Source: Macrostomum hystrix
Taxonomy: Eukaryota > Animalia > Platyhelminthes
DNA length: 64,000 bases
Assembly: GCA_950097015.1 (NCBI GenBank)
Contig: CATNEN010000028.1
Span: forward strand, 124,001-188,000
Direction of reading: 5' to 3'
In this document: piece by piece, positions 22,866 to 31,656 of the stretch
Layout of the letters: each line of letters begins with the position of its first letter
How positions within the stretch are numbered: the first letter of the stretch is position 1
Translations under genes and position numbers: made by a program
The notes under the pieces: generated by a model
Database searches by the model: none
What the model was told of the DNA's origin: nothing
Seen by the model: the letters and a program-made list of their open reading frames with translations, nothing else

Positions 22866-24981
22866 TTGATAGATAGATAGATAGATAGATAGATATATAG
22901 ATAGATAGATAGATAGATAGATAGATTTGTACCTCTTCTCTCGGGCTGACTCAGCGCTCCAAAGTACGATGACACACCCTCCGGGGAGAACGTGAGAATG
23001 TAGAACATCACTTCGCCAGCTTCGTTTCTCACTGGCGCAACCATCGTGTTGGAGACAAATCTGGTGCCTATGAAATGGTGAGAAGTGACGTTTGTGCATT
23101 CTTCAATAGTAGTGGCGTTACAAATTTACACATGGAAAAGCAACAGCAGCTTTATCAGCCATTTTGCCGCCCGTTTTTGTACTAAGGGGGGGAGTTTTCA
23201 CCCTTTAGAAATTTTTTGGCAGCGCCTGAATGCTAAACGCGTTGGGTGGTGACTGATTGGTTGACAGACTAGGCGATGGTGTCCTGTGGTTGAGCGGCAC
23301 CTAATATTTAGGCTTGATCAGTGAAATCGGAGAAATTCGCGTCAGGGTGTCCATAGTGGCCTAGTTCCACCTGTTGTAGCCCTTGAAGGTCCAGCAGTCC
23401 GTCTAGATCAGGGGTAGGCAAACTTATTTGCTGGCGTGCCAAAGAGAGAACCTAAAAGACGACAGCGGGCCGCATTGACTGTATAAATATGAGATAGGGG
23501 AGAGATGAGACACGGGAGAGATGAGACTCGGGAGAGATGAGACACAGGAGAGATTAGACACGGGAGAGATAAGACACGAGAGAGATGAAACAGGACACTG
23601 TAGATGTCAGAAGGGGCAACGGGCCGGATTTGGGAGCTTCGAGGGCCGCATCTGGCCCACGGGCCGGAGTTTGCCGACCCCTGGTCTAGATAAAGGACCA
23701 CCGAAGACTGAGATAATGCAGGCACATTCGGGTGACGATAAAATTTGAAGGCCTGGCAAGGCGCAATGCTAATTCGTGTATAGGGGTGTATGTAATACAC
23801 TAACGCTTATGGGAAAAATCCGACCTTCGGCCAGAATCATTAATTATATCGACGTCTGAAGGGCTGGCGACTTGATTCTTGCTTCAAAAGATGCGCAAGA
23901 AAAAGTTGGCCCGTGTTCTTTCTTTTGGTGTGCTTGCGTTGCTCCGTTCGGGTGCAGCACAAAAAAATTCAGGGGGGGGGAATTCTCCCTCCCCTTGGAA
24001 GTTCTACTATTAAAGAGGAGGCTTGAAGACCTGCGCTTGACGATCGCCTGAAGCGGTCGATCGAATATCAACAGGATTCATCAATGGTCAAGCAGTTTGT
24101 GAACTGCTCTTCTTCAATCTTAAAGGCCCACGGATTTTACATCGAATAGCATTTTGCTTTTCAATCGCTCACCGTCCTTTTTGTACAGAAGTATCTGGAC
24201 CTGCCTCTCGTCGCGGCATCCCAGCGCGTCCCTGAGATCGCTAATTGATTTCACGGTGGTGAGGGGGCCGTGCAGAAAGTCCATGCTCGCAGGCTGCTGC
24301 ATGACGTCGGCGCGAGTGTAGCCCACCAAATCGCAGAAGCCGTCGTTGCAGAAGATGACGGGCCGGTGGTCGAGGCTGCCGTTCGCAATGCAGAACTTGC
24401 GATCTTGGGTATGTAGTGATGGTAAGTTTCAACCTTCTGGTGTTATAACCTGTCTAATTTTTTGGCTCATTATTGACTTCAAGAAGTGTTGCGGAAAGGG
24501 TATCACTTCATGATACTTTACGCCTCTCGCACCAGCGGTCCCTGAGCTCGATTCCGCGGCGATGCCACATTCATTTGGGGCGCAGCCACGGAGAGAAAGC
24601 TTGGGGGCTTGTCGTGCAATTTACGCCCTTGAAGGCCAACCTCCAAGGCACAGTGGGAGTTTACACTGCCTGACAATGAGAAAGTCAGGGCAGATGTACA
24701 CACCTGTGTGCGTGTGTGCTCAGGAGTCAGCGGAGTGAGCAGGATTGCTTATTTGCAGGCTGCGGGTCTAGTGTCACCAAATAATTTGCCATCGCCCGCA
24801 GCCCTCCTGCAATTATTTAACTCGCAGAACTTTGGAAGCAGAGAGTTTTTTTCATTATTTTTATTTTAAGCCGAGAGATCAGGAAATAACAAAGATATAA
24901 CTCACTCTGTCCATCGAACTTGCGAATCAAAGTGTCCAGGAAGGTGTTCTGAGGCGCTATGTGTCCTCTTCTGACTGGCAT
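5349..24981 (-). CDS. KCNH2: ERG-subfamily (KCNH2/6/7-like) voltage-gated K+ channel, about 1296 aa. Predicted exons: 24906-24981, 24173-24403, 22933-23067, 22370-22482, 21317-21453, 16550-16977, 16284-16471, 15580-15774, 9235-9471, 8277-8504, 7324-7901, 6826-7129, 5977-6606, 5349-5759
   Basis: PAS-cap [25 protein letters not shown] (76-bp exon 1, 231-bp exon 2), PAS domain, [28 protein letters not shown]4 [30 protein letters not shown]-type filter SVGFGN, C-linker/CNBHD and C-terminal coiled coil. All junctions are GT-AG and the exons total 3891 nt in frame. Exons 4-5 and the 6826 donor rest only on frame and splice consensus. Confidence 0.93.
5760..5960 (-). repeat. 21-bp minisatellite (GATGCTGAATGTTTGGCATCA) filling the last ERG intron
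   Basis: About 9 degenerate copies; the last unit supplies the acceptor AG. Confidence 0.9.
6595..6812 (-). repeat. 20-bp minisatellite (GTGACACAGTCTCTCCCGGA) filling predicted ERG intron 6607-6825
   Basis: About 10 copies; a degenerate copy continues into the downstream exon (GTGACGCAGTCTCTTCCTGAG). Confidence 0.9.
9681..10618. repeat. 40/41-bp minisatellite in ERG intron 8, left part
   Basis: 18 near-identical 40-bp units (CATTAATGGAGGACATGTACAGAAACATATCGGTGACACT) grading into 41-bp variants. The array is interrupted by the LTR element and resumes at 15335-15520. Confidence 0.95.
10968..14345 (-). CDS. pol: Pol polyprotein (PR-RT-RNaseH-IN), reached by -1 frameshift from gag
   Basis: Protease LIDSGSQ, RT YMDD, RNaseH YTDAS, integrase HHCC (HEGIGGH..CQECQTC), DDE core (AVDVL..HSDQG..VERGN) and GPY/F-like APYW. 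Domain order is Ty3/Gypsy; no stops. Confidence 0.97.
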   Translation of the reverse strand, partial: GKRQRPGRSPQPWPVLSAGPSVSGLFRGAEGGGAGTVGSSAAAVVIRPNPATSKLQCKIGGADVMALIDSGSQVSIVDKQVLQRMQRVQLESVHLELRAVNQQAVPVRQVASLAVSLGSIERQHPFYVSEGLVAAVIIGLDFIKASNMCLDFSDSAEAPPKSSCVMDGVSHLDADSQLEDLEEKLVPDFSTKEVDLPVVKDPDIRALVHEFSDIFSRRPGLTDRHEHSIPLIDDVPVRIPPRKLPVHWEPEVNKLIQELLDNDIIEESDSPYVAPPVYVRKKNGDLRLTIDYRELNKKTVRSAQGIPQMDFVKDKLAGNEIFSVIDLNGGYFQIPMKPEDRQKTAFSPGPGMPLYQFKRMPQGVCGGPSSFTILMNRVFKGAEQTFTYMDDTLCFSKSKAEHLQHLREVFEKIRGAGLTVRGSKCQLGLPEVTFLGTVFSAKGATVSPEKVHAIQEWPEPQSPTQVRQFLGLCNQYRKYVPSFSDIAGPLHRLTSKTEKFEWTDECGTAFRRLKEALQQPPIIGHPDFSKDFQLYTDASNTGVGIVLKQGDQVIEYCSRALTAPEKGYSTVEKECLAILHALKTYRHYLLGRHFTVFTDHCPLTFLNSQRVDSHGRLGRWRLLLQEFAFTIKYTKGVDNVEADGLSRMHEGHCETIGASSATELQPQVSNRELRQAQRADPKLQLVIEALQNDSGTRPRWSDSRLRHLSRIWRKLRIQDGLLCRVFNDAAGPREVPVIPELLQRQFLTDFHEGIGGHFGPEKMADTLKQTAYWPGLQSDAVSFCQECQTCQLKKAQHRPAAPLGEMPIGKPWQTVAVDVLKVPTSDRGNSYLLVMQDQFSKFLTAVPMPDQTAKTIVDAAVKVFSLFGVPSVIHSDQGANFESELFQETLQALGIRKTRTTPYHPQGNGLVERGNKSLLQLLRLFAETESSWEEQLPLVVLSYNSRVHSSTKVAPLTVMTGRDPQLPPKVQSSERQFDIGTYSALLERRLARIREFIEENLVVAGQQQKAAHDKKAADLPQFPQGAEVLLSIEMRRSKLAPYWEPGWTVLEQRGHSVCIRRAFGNRPVRWVHVNRLRRRFVALPDTEQLRQQPVSHEVASETRQAERRYPERERRPPDFFGVSGE
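14297..15088 (-). CDS. gag: Gag with CCHC zinc knuckle
   Basis: ATG at 15088 just after the PBS; [22 protein letters not shown] capsid-like start; [14 protein letters not shown] knuckle. Confidence 0.93.
   Translation of the reverse strand: MAEGSHRAIPRTFSSGNFKEWLQRFELCAAANKWTNDKHLHLPTFLDGGALAVFLELGDKDKSDYSQVTHALTEAFHPESQHFLALEAFESRKLLPGEPPRLFLYHLKQLLKDAGVSNKNATDTMLTHHFIRGLPADVSRQIRADASVKTVSDALARAQLLLELPSATTDGSRPPLAAAAGTTCGSTETADLRAAVSSLQATVQDLAAKLGSEASDSCAVRSARRQREVTCWNCNQRGHLARNCKKPSGNGNGRGGARNPGQF
15335..15520. repeat. Right part of the 41-bp minisatellite split by the LTR element
   Basis: Same GGAACACATGTACCAGAAACACATCTGTGACGCTCATTCAAC unit as 10400-10618. Confidence 0.93.
18305..18770. 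repeat. About 40-bp degenerate minisatellite (GACGTTTCGAGTTTTTGAGACGTTTTGACGATTGCGT-like) in an ERG intron
   Basis: About 10 degenerate tandem units. Confidence 0.85.
21706..22303. repeat. 39-bp minisatellite (TTAGCAATCCATTCTAATCCTTCTCTTGGTAGTTATAGA)
   Basis: About 15 copies; explains spurious ORF 21660..22253. Confidence 0.95.
22570..22926. repeat. (GATA)n microsatellite directly after the ERG exon 3 donor
   Basis: About 85 GATA units with interruptions. Confidence 0.98.
23409..23683. mobile_element. Non-autonomous hAT (Charlie-type) MITE, 275 bp
   Basis: TIRs CAGGGGTAGGCAAAC / GTTTGCCGACCCCTG (14/15). Perfect 8-bp TSD GTCTAGAT (23401-23408, 23684-23691) fits the NTCTAGAN preference of Charlie elements. 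GGGCCG subterminal motifs and an internal 16-bp repeat. Confidence 0.92.
24490..24822 (+). mobile_element. Dispersed repeat family (SINE-like); other copies at about 49215-49670 and a fragment at 59100-59210
   Basis: Shared blocks CCTGAGCTCGATT..GCCACATTCATTTGG..GGCCAACCTCCAAGGCACAGTG..GAGAAAGTCAGGGCAGATGT..GCCCTCCTGCAATTATT. The 49215 copy begins with A-box-like TGGCAGAGCGGTTAAGCG. Confidence 0.65.
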
Positions 24982-25992
24982 ATTTTGCTTACAAAAGTGC
25001 GGCAGAAAGATAAAAACTTTCTAAGAACTGAAATATTTGAATTTACTGCCTTTACTTATAGGTAGACATCTTTCTTGTTTGAATTCGACAAAAAGTTCAT
25101 ATCTGTGATTGACTGTAGTTAAACAAAATTAATTTTCCCAGATCGTCTGGGTCTGCTGATTTATAGAAAATGGCTAGATTTTAGCCTTAGATTTTTTAAT
25201 AAGTACGCAGCAAGTCGCAAATCCTACATTTATTTAAAGGAAGCTTAACATATGTCAAGTTCGTTGGGCTTGTTGTACGTTCCCGTCTGCTGTACAAAGC
25301 TGGCCAGGGAAGTACAGCATTGGCGCAGAGCTAGGGAACGCGCGGCAGAAGAGAAGAGAGAGAGCTTGTGATGCCATTGGAAGGCAGATACAAGTTATTG
25401 GATAGCATATTTATCAAAGCAAAAACTCTAACCATAGAACTATGTCGTATACGTAGCATTTATTTTGTAGATATTTATAATAATAATAAAGTTACATCGG
25501 AGTTAATCAACATAGCTCGCGTAGAAGAGCATACAATGTGATATTTCAATACACGCAGCGTTTCCAGATGCCGCACATTCAAATTGCATGACGGAATTAG
25601 ACTTTTTTGTGAAGCGTAATTCATTATTTTATTTGCACTTAGCATTGTCGTAACAGCCAGGAAATGGCAGGTAGAAATCTGAAATAGAAAGCTAATTATT
25701 GTAGGCAGGAAATACGTGGCAGGGGTACTCACTTTATTACCAGCGGCCGTGTGACTTTTTTCTATTTTGCTTTTCACACACGGGAGTCGATCAATAGGCA
25801 AAAAGCAAGCGGTACAGGGCCAGGTATGGACATTTTTGCGAGTAGCATGGCATTAGCTAGAGATGGCGTTGGGATGAGAAAGAGACAGAACAATGGTCGG
25901 CAACTAAAATGGTAAAATATAAAGCAGACGATTTCCATTGATTGAGGCGTGAGCAGCTGTATGCTAGGAAATATCAATAGAAGGCAATAGCA

Positions 25993-26514
25993 ATGCTAGG
26001 AAAGCGCAAAGTACAACTGAACGGGTTTGCTACCGTGCAAAGCGGCTATTACCTCGGCCACTGCGGCGTTTGCGCTAGCGTCGCTAGGGAAGCGAAGGAT
26101 GTGCGATTCGACGCATCATCGGCTGTAACGGAGCTTCTGGCGCGCGGTGAAGGTCGCAAAGCCTACATAACAGTGACGCACAAGGGCCTGAAACTACACC
26201 TGACCGGTACAGGGGAGAATCAGCTCTCTACACCTGAGAGGATCGCTTACTACTGTGCAGCGGCCGGCGGCCAGGAACGCATCTTTGCCTGGGTCGACCA
26301 GCTCGCGTCCTCGTCGACCACGTCAACTCGGCAGTTTGTTTGCCACGCTGTTGCGTTTCACCGAGCAGAGCAGGCAGTGGAAATGGTGGCGCTGACGCGG
26401 CACTTCTTGGCGGCCGCCTATCGCGACTGGCGCGACGTTCGGCGACGACTGGCTGACAAGTCGGAAGCGGGCAGCTTGACATCAGCTGCAGCCTCAATTA
26501 GGGGCACTCTATAG
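25993..26514 (+). CDS. Single-exon PTB/PID-domain protein, FAM43-like
   Basis: YYLGHC..ITVTHKGLKL..RIAYYCAA..RIFAWV..FVCHAVAF..AEQAVEM..AAAYRDWRDVRRR follows the PTB fold pattern of FAM43-type proteins (recognised by eye). Confidence 0.7.
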   Translation: MLGKRKVQLNGFATVQSGYYLGHCGVCASVAREAKDVRFDASSAVTELLARGEGRKAYITVTHKGLKLHLTGTGENQLSTPERIAYYCAAAGGQERIFAWVDQLASSSTTSTRQFVCHAVAFHRAEQAVEMVALTRHFLAAAYRDWRDVRRRLADKSEAGSLTSAAASIRGTL

Positions 26515-27619
26515 ATGAAGTTAATAAACATATCGCTTCTTACACGATGCATCCCGGAGTATACTAAAAAATACAGTATTCATCAAATTTAAATGAATTT
26601 TATGCCTGAAGTTTCGTCTCTTGCCTAAAAAGATAGTTTTGCTATCACAGATGCTTTTAGCAACAAATTTTAGTATAGTATATGCAACTGAGAGTAATGA
26701 GCGAGCGCAATGTGTCATTCTCGCTCTGAAACTTTTGAAACTTAGATTTCGATGGCAAATTGTATGAAGACAATTTAAAAGCAAGAAGAATAAAAAATTT
26801 TTATATTATATACTAAAAATGAAATGGTTGCTTGGTTACTTTATATATACTAAATCGTAATGTCTAAAAAAGGAAATTATTTTGCAGATAGACCGCGGTC
26901 CGAGCATTTGCCGAAAAGGACCGAAACGAACCATTTTTTGTTATTTATTTATTTTTTATGCACTGCAAAATATTTTTTAGGATAATATTTTTTCCCGTAC
27001 TGGCTCGCTAGGGCTTCAATGCTCTGGCAGTTGGACAGATCCCTAAAGTTTTCAGTTCCCCGAAGGCCCTCTTTGAGCTTCGCACTGTACGTGATCCTGT
27101 ACGTGTTCTTGACATTCCTGCTCCAGTTGATGTGGCTCTTCGCGTTGGTCGGTCTAAACGCAGAAGCGGATGAAGCGGTGGTCGGAAATGCAATCCGCCT
27201 CGTCCCAGCCCGACAACGCAGACAGAATTGCCGGAGTGGCAATAGTCATTGTGGTGTCAATGACGTCAGCTCAACGAGTACCATTGTTGAACCTCACCTC
27301 AATTTGGTTGAGTGCGTGTGAAGATGAGGAGCTCAAACTTCCCGACAAACGAGCAGCGTGCGAGTCCGTGAGATTTGCTACTCCAATAATTACATCCTTG
27401 CCCTAGCCCCCGACTCCTGGCACCAGCCGCACCATATACAGGAGGGCCTTATACAGTGAGACTGCGGTTGGCCTGCACTGCATCTATGAATCTATGAGCA
27501 GTTATCTATGAATAGTAACTCACAATTTCTGTCCTTTATAGCCTAGCTCACACTCTATCATTCTGGTCTATCTTATTCTCTAAATCTTGTTGCCGAACTT
27601 GACGGCTAAAGTGCTTCCA

Positions 27620-28195
27620 TTGCGCATGAACGCACAGTCAGGAGCAGGCACTGCAAATACCCTCAGGCGATCTGGGACACCGCGTTCGGCACGCACAGGG
27701 CATGTGTCAGCATGGTGCAACAGATAGGCTGCCAGACGATGAGATCCAAACCAGCTATCGAGAACCAGCAGAGAGAAGGAGGTAGCCAAGATCAGCATGT
27801 ACCGGCATGACTCAACCAGAACTTTCTCGTTCAATGAGAGCCCATCAACATCGCAAGCCTATTCCAAACTTATCATTCATAATTCTGCTGGAATGTATAG
27901 AAAGAAAGTAACAGACATACTGTACTCGTTAACTCTTGATTCTATATCGTGCACTTTTGGCTGGCATGTACGACCGTATCGACGGAAAAAACGCGTCCTT
28001 GGAACAACACCAGCTCATCGTCAACGCTGAGTTTCTTTTCTGGCATGTATATGGACGCTCCTGCGGATCTCAGACACGAAGGTGATAAAAGGGTCTCGTC
28101 TTTGCTAATGCAGGATCGATACGATAGATTTAAATTTGGTACAGTCATAGAAGCGTAACAGGCTGATTATCTGCTGGAACCTGTCTCTGAACAAA
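27620..28195 (-). pseudogene. Decayed piggyBac transposase fragment
   Basis: Conserved blocks in shifting frames: RDRFQQIISLLRFYD; YMPEKKLSVDDELVLFQGR (first catalytic Asp); YMPAKSARYRIK; LVLDSWFGSHRLAAYLL..VRAERGVPDRL (second Asp). Stops and frameshifts present; no TTAA-bounded TIRs found. Confidence 0.78.
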
Positions 28196-28501
28196 CAGAT
28201 GATCTGCTAGAAAAACGGAGTAGTTGTGTAGTTTAATGGGTTCGAACTACAATTTTTTGCAAAGGGTTGGCTCAACCGGGCTGTTTCGTTCTGTTTGTCA
28301 CTTGTAAAAATAACAAATAACAACAAATGTGCATAAAATCCAATACCAATTTATAGTTTTTACATATTGTTAGGACAGAATTCTAGCTATCGCGTGGGTC
28401 TTAATTACTGACTGGTCAGGTTCATTAAGTCGTATATTTTAGTAGAAGCAATCGAAAAGCTATCAGAATTATAAATTTGCTTTAATGCGCAATGCGGAGT
28501 A

Positions 28502-28573
28502 GGGGATGTAGCTCAGAGGTAGAGCGTTCGCTTCGCATGTGAAAGGTCTCGGGTTCGAACCCCGACTTCTCCA
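28502..28573 (+). tRNA. tRNA-Ala(CGC)
   Basis: 72-nt cloverleaf GGGGATGTAGCTCAG..TT-CGC-AT..GGTTCGAACCC..CTCCA with G3:U70, one U6-U67 mismatch in the acceptor stem, and TTTT terminator shortly downstream. Confidence 0.92.
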
Positions 28574-31500
28574 ATGATATTTTGCATATTATAGAACGTA
28601 CCTTTTACTTACATCGCAAAGCAGAAAGTCATTCAATCATCTTTAAAATCATGCACACTATTTTAAATGGTGGGATTCATAATTTTTAGACTAGCAAACA
28701 TTTCTATCTGAAACTAAGAACCAGTTAAATATAACATATACCTGACATCATGACATGCAATTACTAGATGAAAATCCATACACATTCGAATGTGAATCAA
28801 GCTGAATAAATACAGATATGATCAGTAATTGTTCAGTGATGATATGAGTAAGCTTGAATGTAACAGTTTCTTGGAACACTTGACATATTCATGATCTAAG
28901 CCAGCGTCCTCGATCTACTATTAACGTCTGCCGATATGTAGAGAAAAAATAAAAAAGTGCAGAACAAATGGTGTCGCAAACAAGATACCTCTCCTTCATT
29001 TCAATAGTCTTTAGGTCAGAAAGCGCATAACTTACACTTATAATTTGCACTTATAACAAGCGCAAGCGATCACAGAAATAAAATAATAAGACTAACACAG
29101 TTGAAGTGACACACATATTCAGTAAAAACGAAAAAAAGCTTTCATATTTCCGGCATGCTACAAAACAAAATACACTTAAACAAATTTAAAGTTACCACAC
29201 AGTAAGATATTTATTCATGCACGGATAAAAATGCACAGTTATATTTCATAAATTTTTGTTTACTCTTATCTGTTTATCAATAAAACTTAATACATTGTTT
29301 CCTTTATTTTTAGTGACTTTGGATATTTGTAATTTGAGTTAAATTTTTGGATTTGAGACAGGTACACTTTGGTGGCCGCTATTAGAATCTAGGCAGCAGG
29401 TGGTTATTACAGAAAATGTGCACTTATTAACTCTTGTGGTATTATACTTTTTATAATATTTATATTTGTGTCTTATTTAGTGACTTACTGTGCACTGTAC
29501 GCGGGACACTGTTAACATCGTCATTAGCAAGTCAAGTCTGGGCTAATCATTTTCCCCTTCTAGCTGTCAAGCTGTGGAAGAAGTTCTGGAGTCTATTGAG
29601 ACATTAATCTGACTCATGGCTGCAGGAATTGAAAAGTGTGAGTGGCAGGCAGAATGCCAGGCAGTTGACCCCTTCTAAATGTATTGTTAGGCCTACACTA
29701 GCAATTTAGGCTACTGGAACTATTGTTCTAAAATAGATTTTTAGTTACTGCAGAATTTATATGCATGCTAGTATTAGCACGTTTTATTGCCTAGTCAAAC
29801 CGGGTGCCATTAAATTTGTCAACTTTTTATTCATCTTCTCCTCTTGGCAATGCCCACTTCATCAACTAGTAAATTCATCATCTGTTTACCATTTTTTACA
29901 GTCAAACTTGAAAATCCATCAACTATAATTAAAATTGTGTCATTAATTTCTGTACATCTGCTTCTGTTCATGTATGCATAACAGTAGAATAATTTTGTTA
30001 GTCTGCATAAGTCTAGCAGTTCCTAGCCTATATCTATATAAAAAAAGAGGAATATGATACTATTACTGGATAAGACAATCAGTAAAGCAAACAAGGCTGA
30101 TTTATAGCTTTATTCAGAGTTCCTTTCTTTTCCCAATTTTGGTATTTCATTTCATTTTAACTACACTAGTTCTTATGATATGATTATTATACTTTATAGA
30201 TATTTTTTTTACTAAGACTAATAAATGTTCCTAGATTACTACAACATTATTTGTCAATCCATGTTTCATTATATTGCCTATCCATTACTTGCCTGAAAAC
30301 ACAGTAAACTCTACAACTCAGTTCACAATTACCATTAAAAAAATTTACCCAGATCTAGTCAAACCAACCTTAAAAAGTGTAACTAAGTGAAGAACATTTT
30401 AAAACTTATACATTATTTTCTGGGCTATAGGGCTATCATTCTGCTTATACTGTTCAGGCCTCCTTTTAATATATCCTATGTTGTGGTTATACAAAATAGC
30501 ATGAACTGAATTTTGCAATCTTATTTTTAGATGCACCTTTGTTGCTATTAAAGATTATCCTTACCTTAGATTTGTATACATGTAATTGTTTGTAAATGTT
30601 GTCACAACATGTCACAACCTTATTAGAATAAATAACTGCTTAAGAGAAGCATTTAATTTTCGCTCTAATTGACAGAATATTATTTGTAACATTAGCATAG
30701 CTAATTATAAAATTAATATCCTAGAAGCCTTTCTATAGCAGCAACATTAGTTGAGTTTTGCAACAAAGTTGAAATACAACAAAAAACCTACACCCCACAC
30801 TCTGAAATCATTTCATACAAAAATCAAGTATTGCCTACTACAAATCTGCTACCTGATCTGGTACCTGATTTGCAAGGCAAGAATAATTAGATTGCAGTAG
30901 GGTTTGGATCCAGAAATTACTAAAAATTGTCTAAAAATCTATCAAAATGACCATCCCACACTGCATAATGCAAAATAAAGTGACTAAACAAACTAAGCTT
31001 TCTACTTATTGTTCTGTTGTAAGAAAAAATCATGTAGCCTCGATCTATATTTGTATATACTCTGTTACAAAATAAACTTGTCTACTGTGTCTCTAACTTA
31101 CCATAACCTCCCATAGCTACTATCCTATAGTTTCCACCTCTAAAATTGTGTAATTTACACACATGTACAGATACATGTGTTATGTTTGATGCATTATCAC
31201 TTATTTTTAGGTATTTTTTTTCTTTGTTTTAATCTACCACAGATTTCTGTCCGGAACAATTAACATTAGATTTGTAAACACTGATAATAATTAAACACTA
31301 GTAAACAAACTGTTAGCAAGTGGCACTTATTAACTTCTTGATTGTTAGGCAGTGTACTTGCACTTGGCTTAGTGTCATTTAATAGTATTTTCTTGCTAAG
31401 CATTATATATATTCACAATGGTAATGTATTTTGCTCTATTGGTTCCTAAAGTCTAAAAAACTCACTTTATATGATTAAATAAGGCCATTTTTGTATTATT

Positions 31501-31656
31501 ATTTCCATGTATGAATTCGGCTGCTGTGTCATGGCAATAAGTAATTAGTAATTAGAATGGGACAAAAGTTAATCCAAATTGTGCTAAAAAATAATCATTA
31601 ATTAAAAAAGAAATCCTTTTGCTTCCTAACTTTATCTGCTTCGGTCTGTCTTCCAG

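Noticed and set aside
21660-23099. ORFs 21660..22253, 22610..23044 and 22686..23099
   Set aside because: They are read-through of the 39-bp and GATA repeats; only 22933-23067 is a real ERG exon.
28600-31600. 3-kb AT-rich stretch
   Set aside because: No ORFs, repeats or RNA motifs that I could support.
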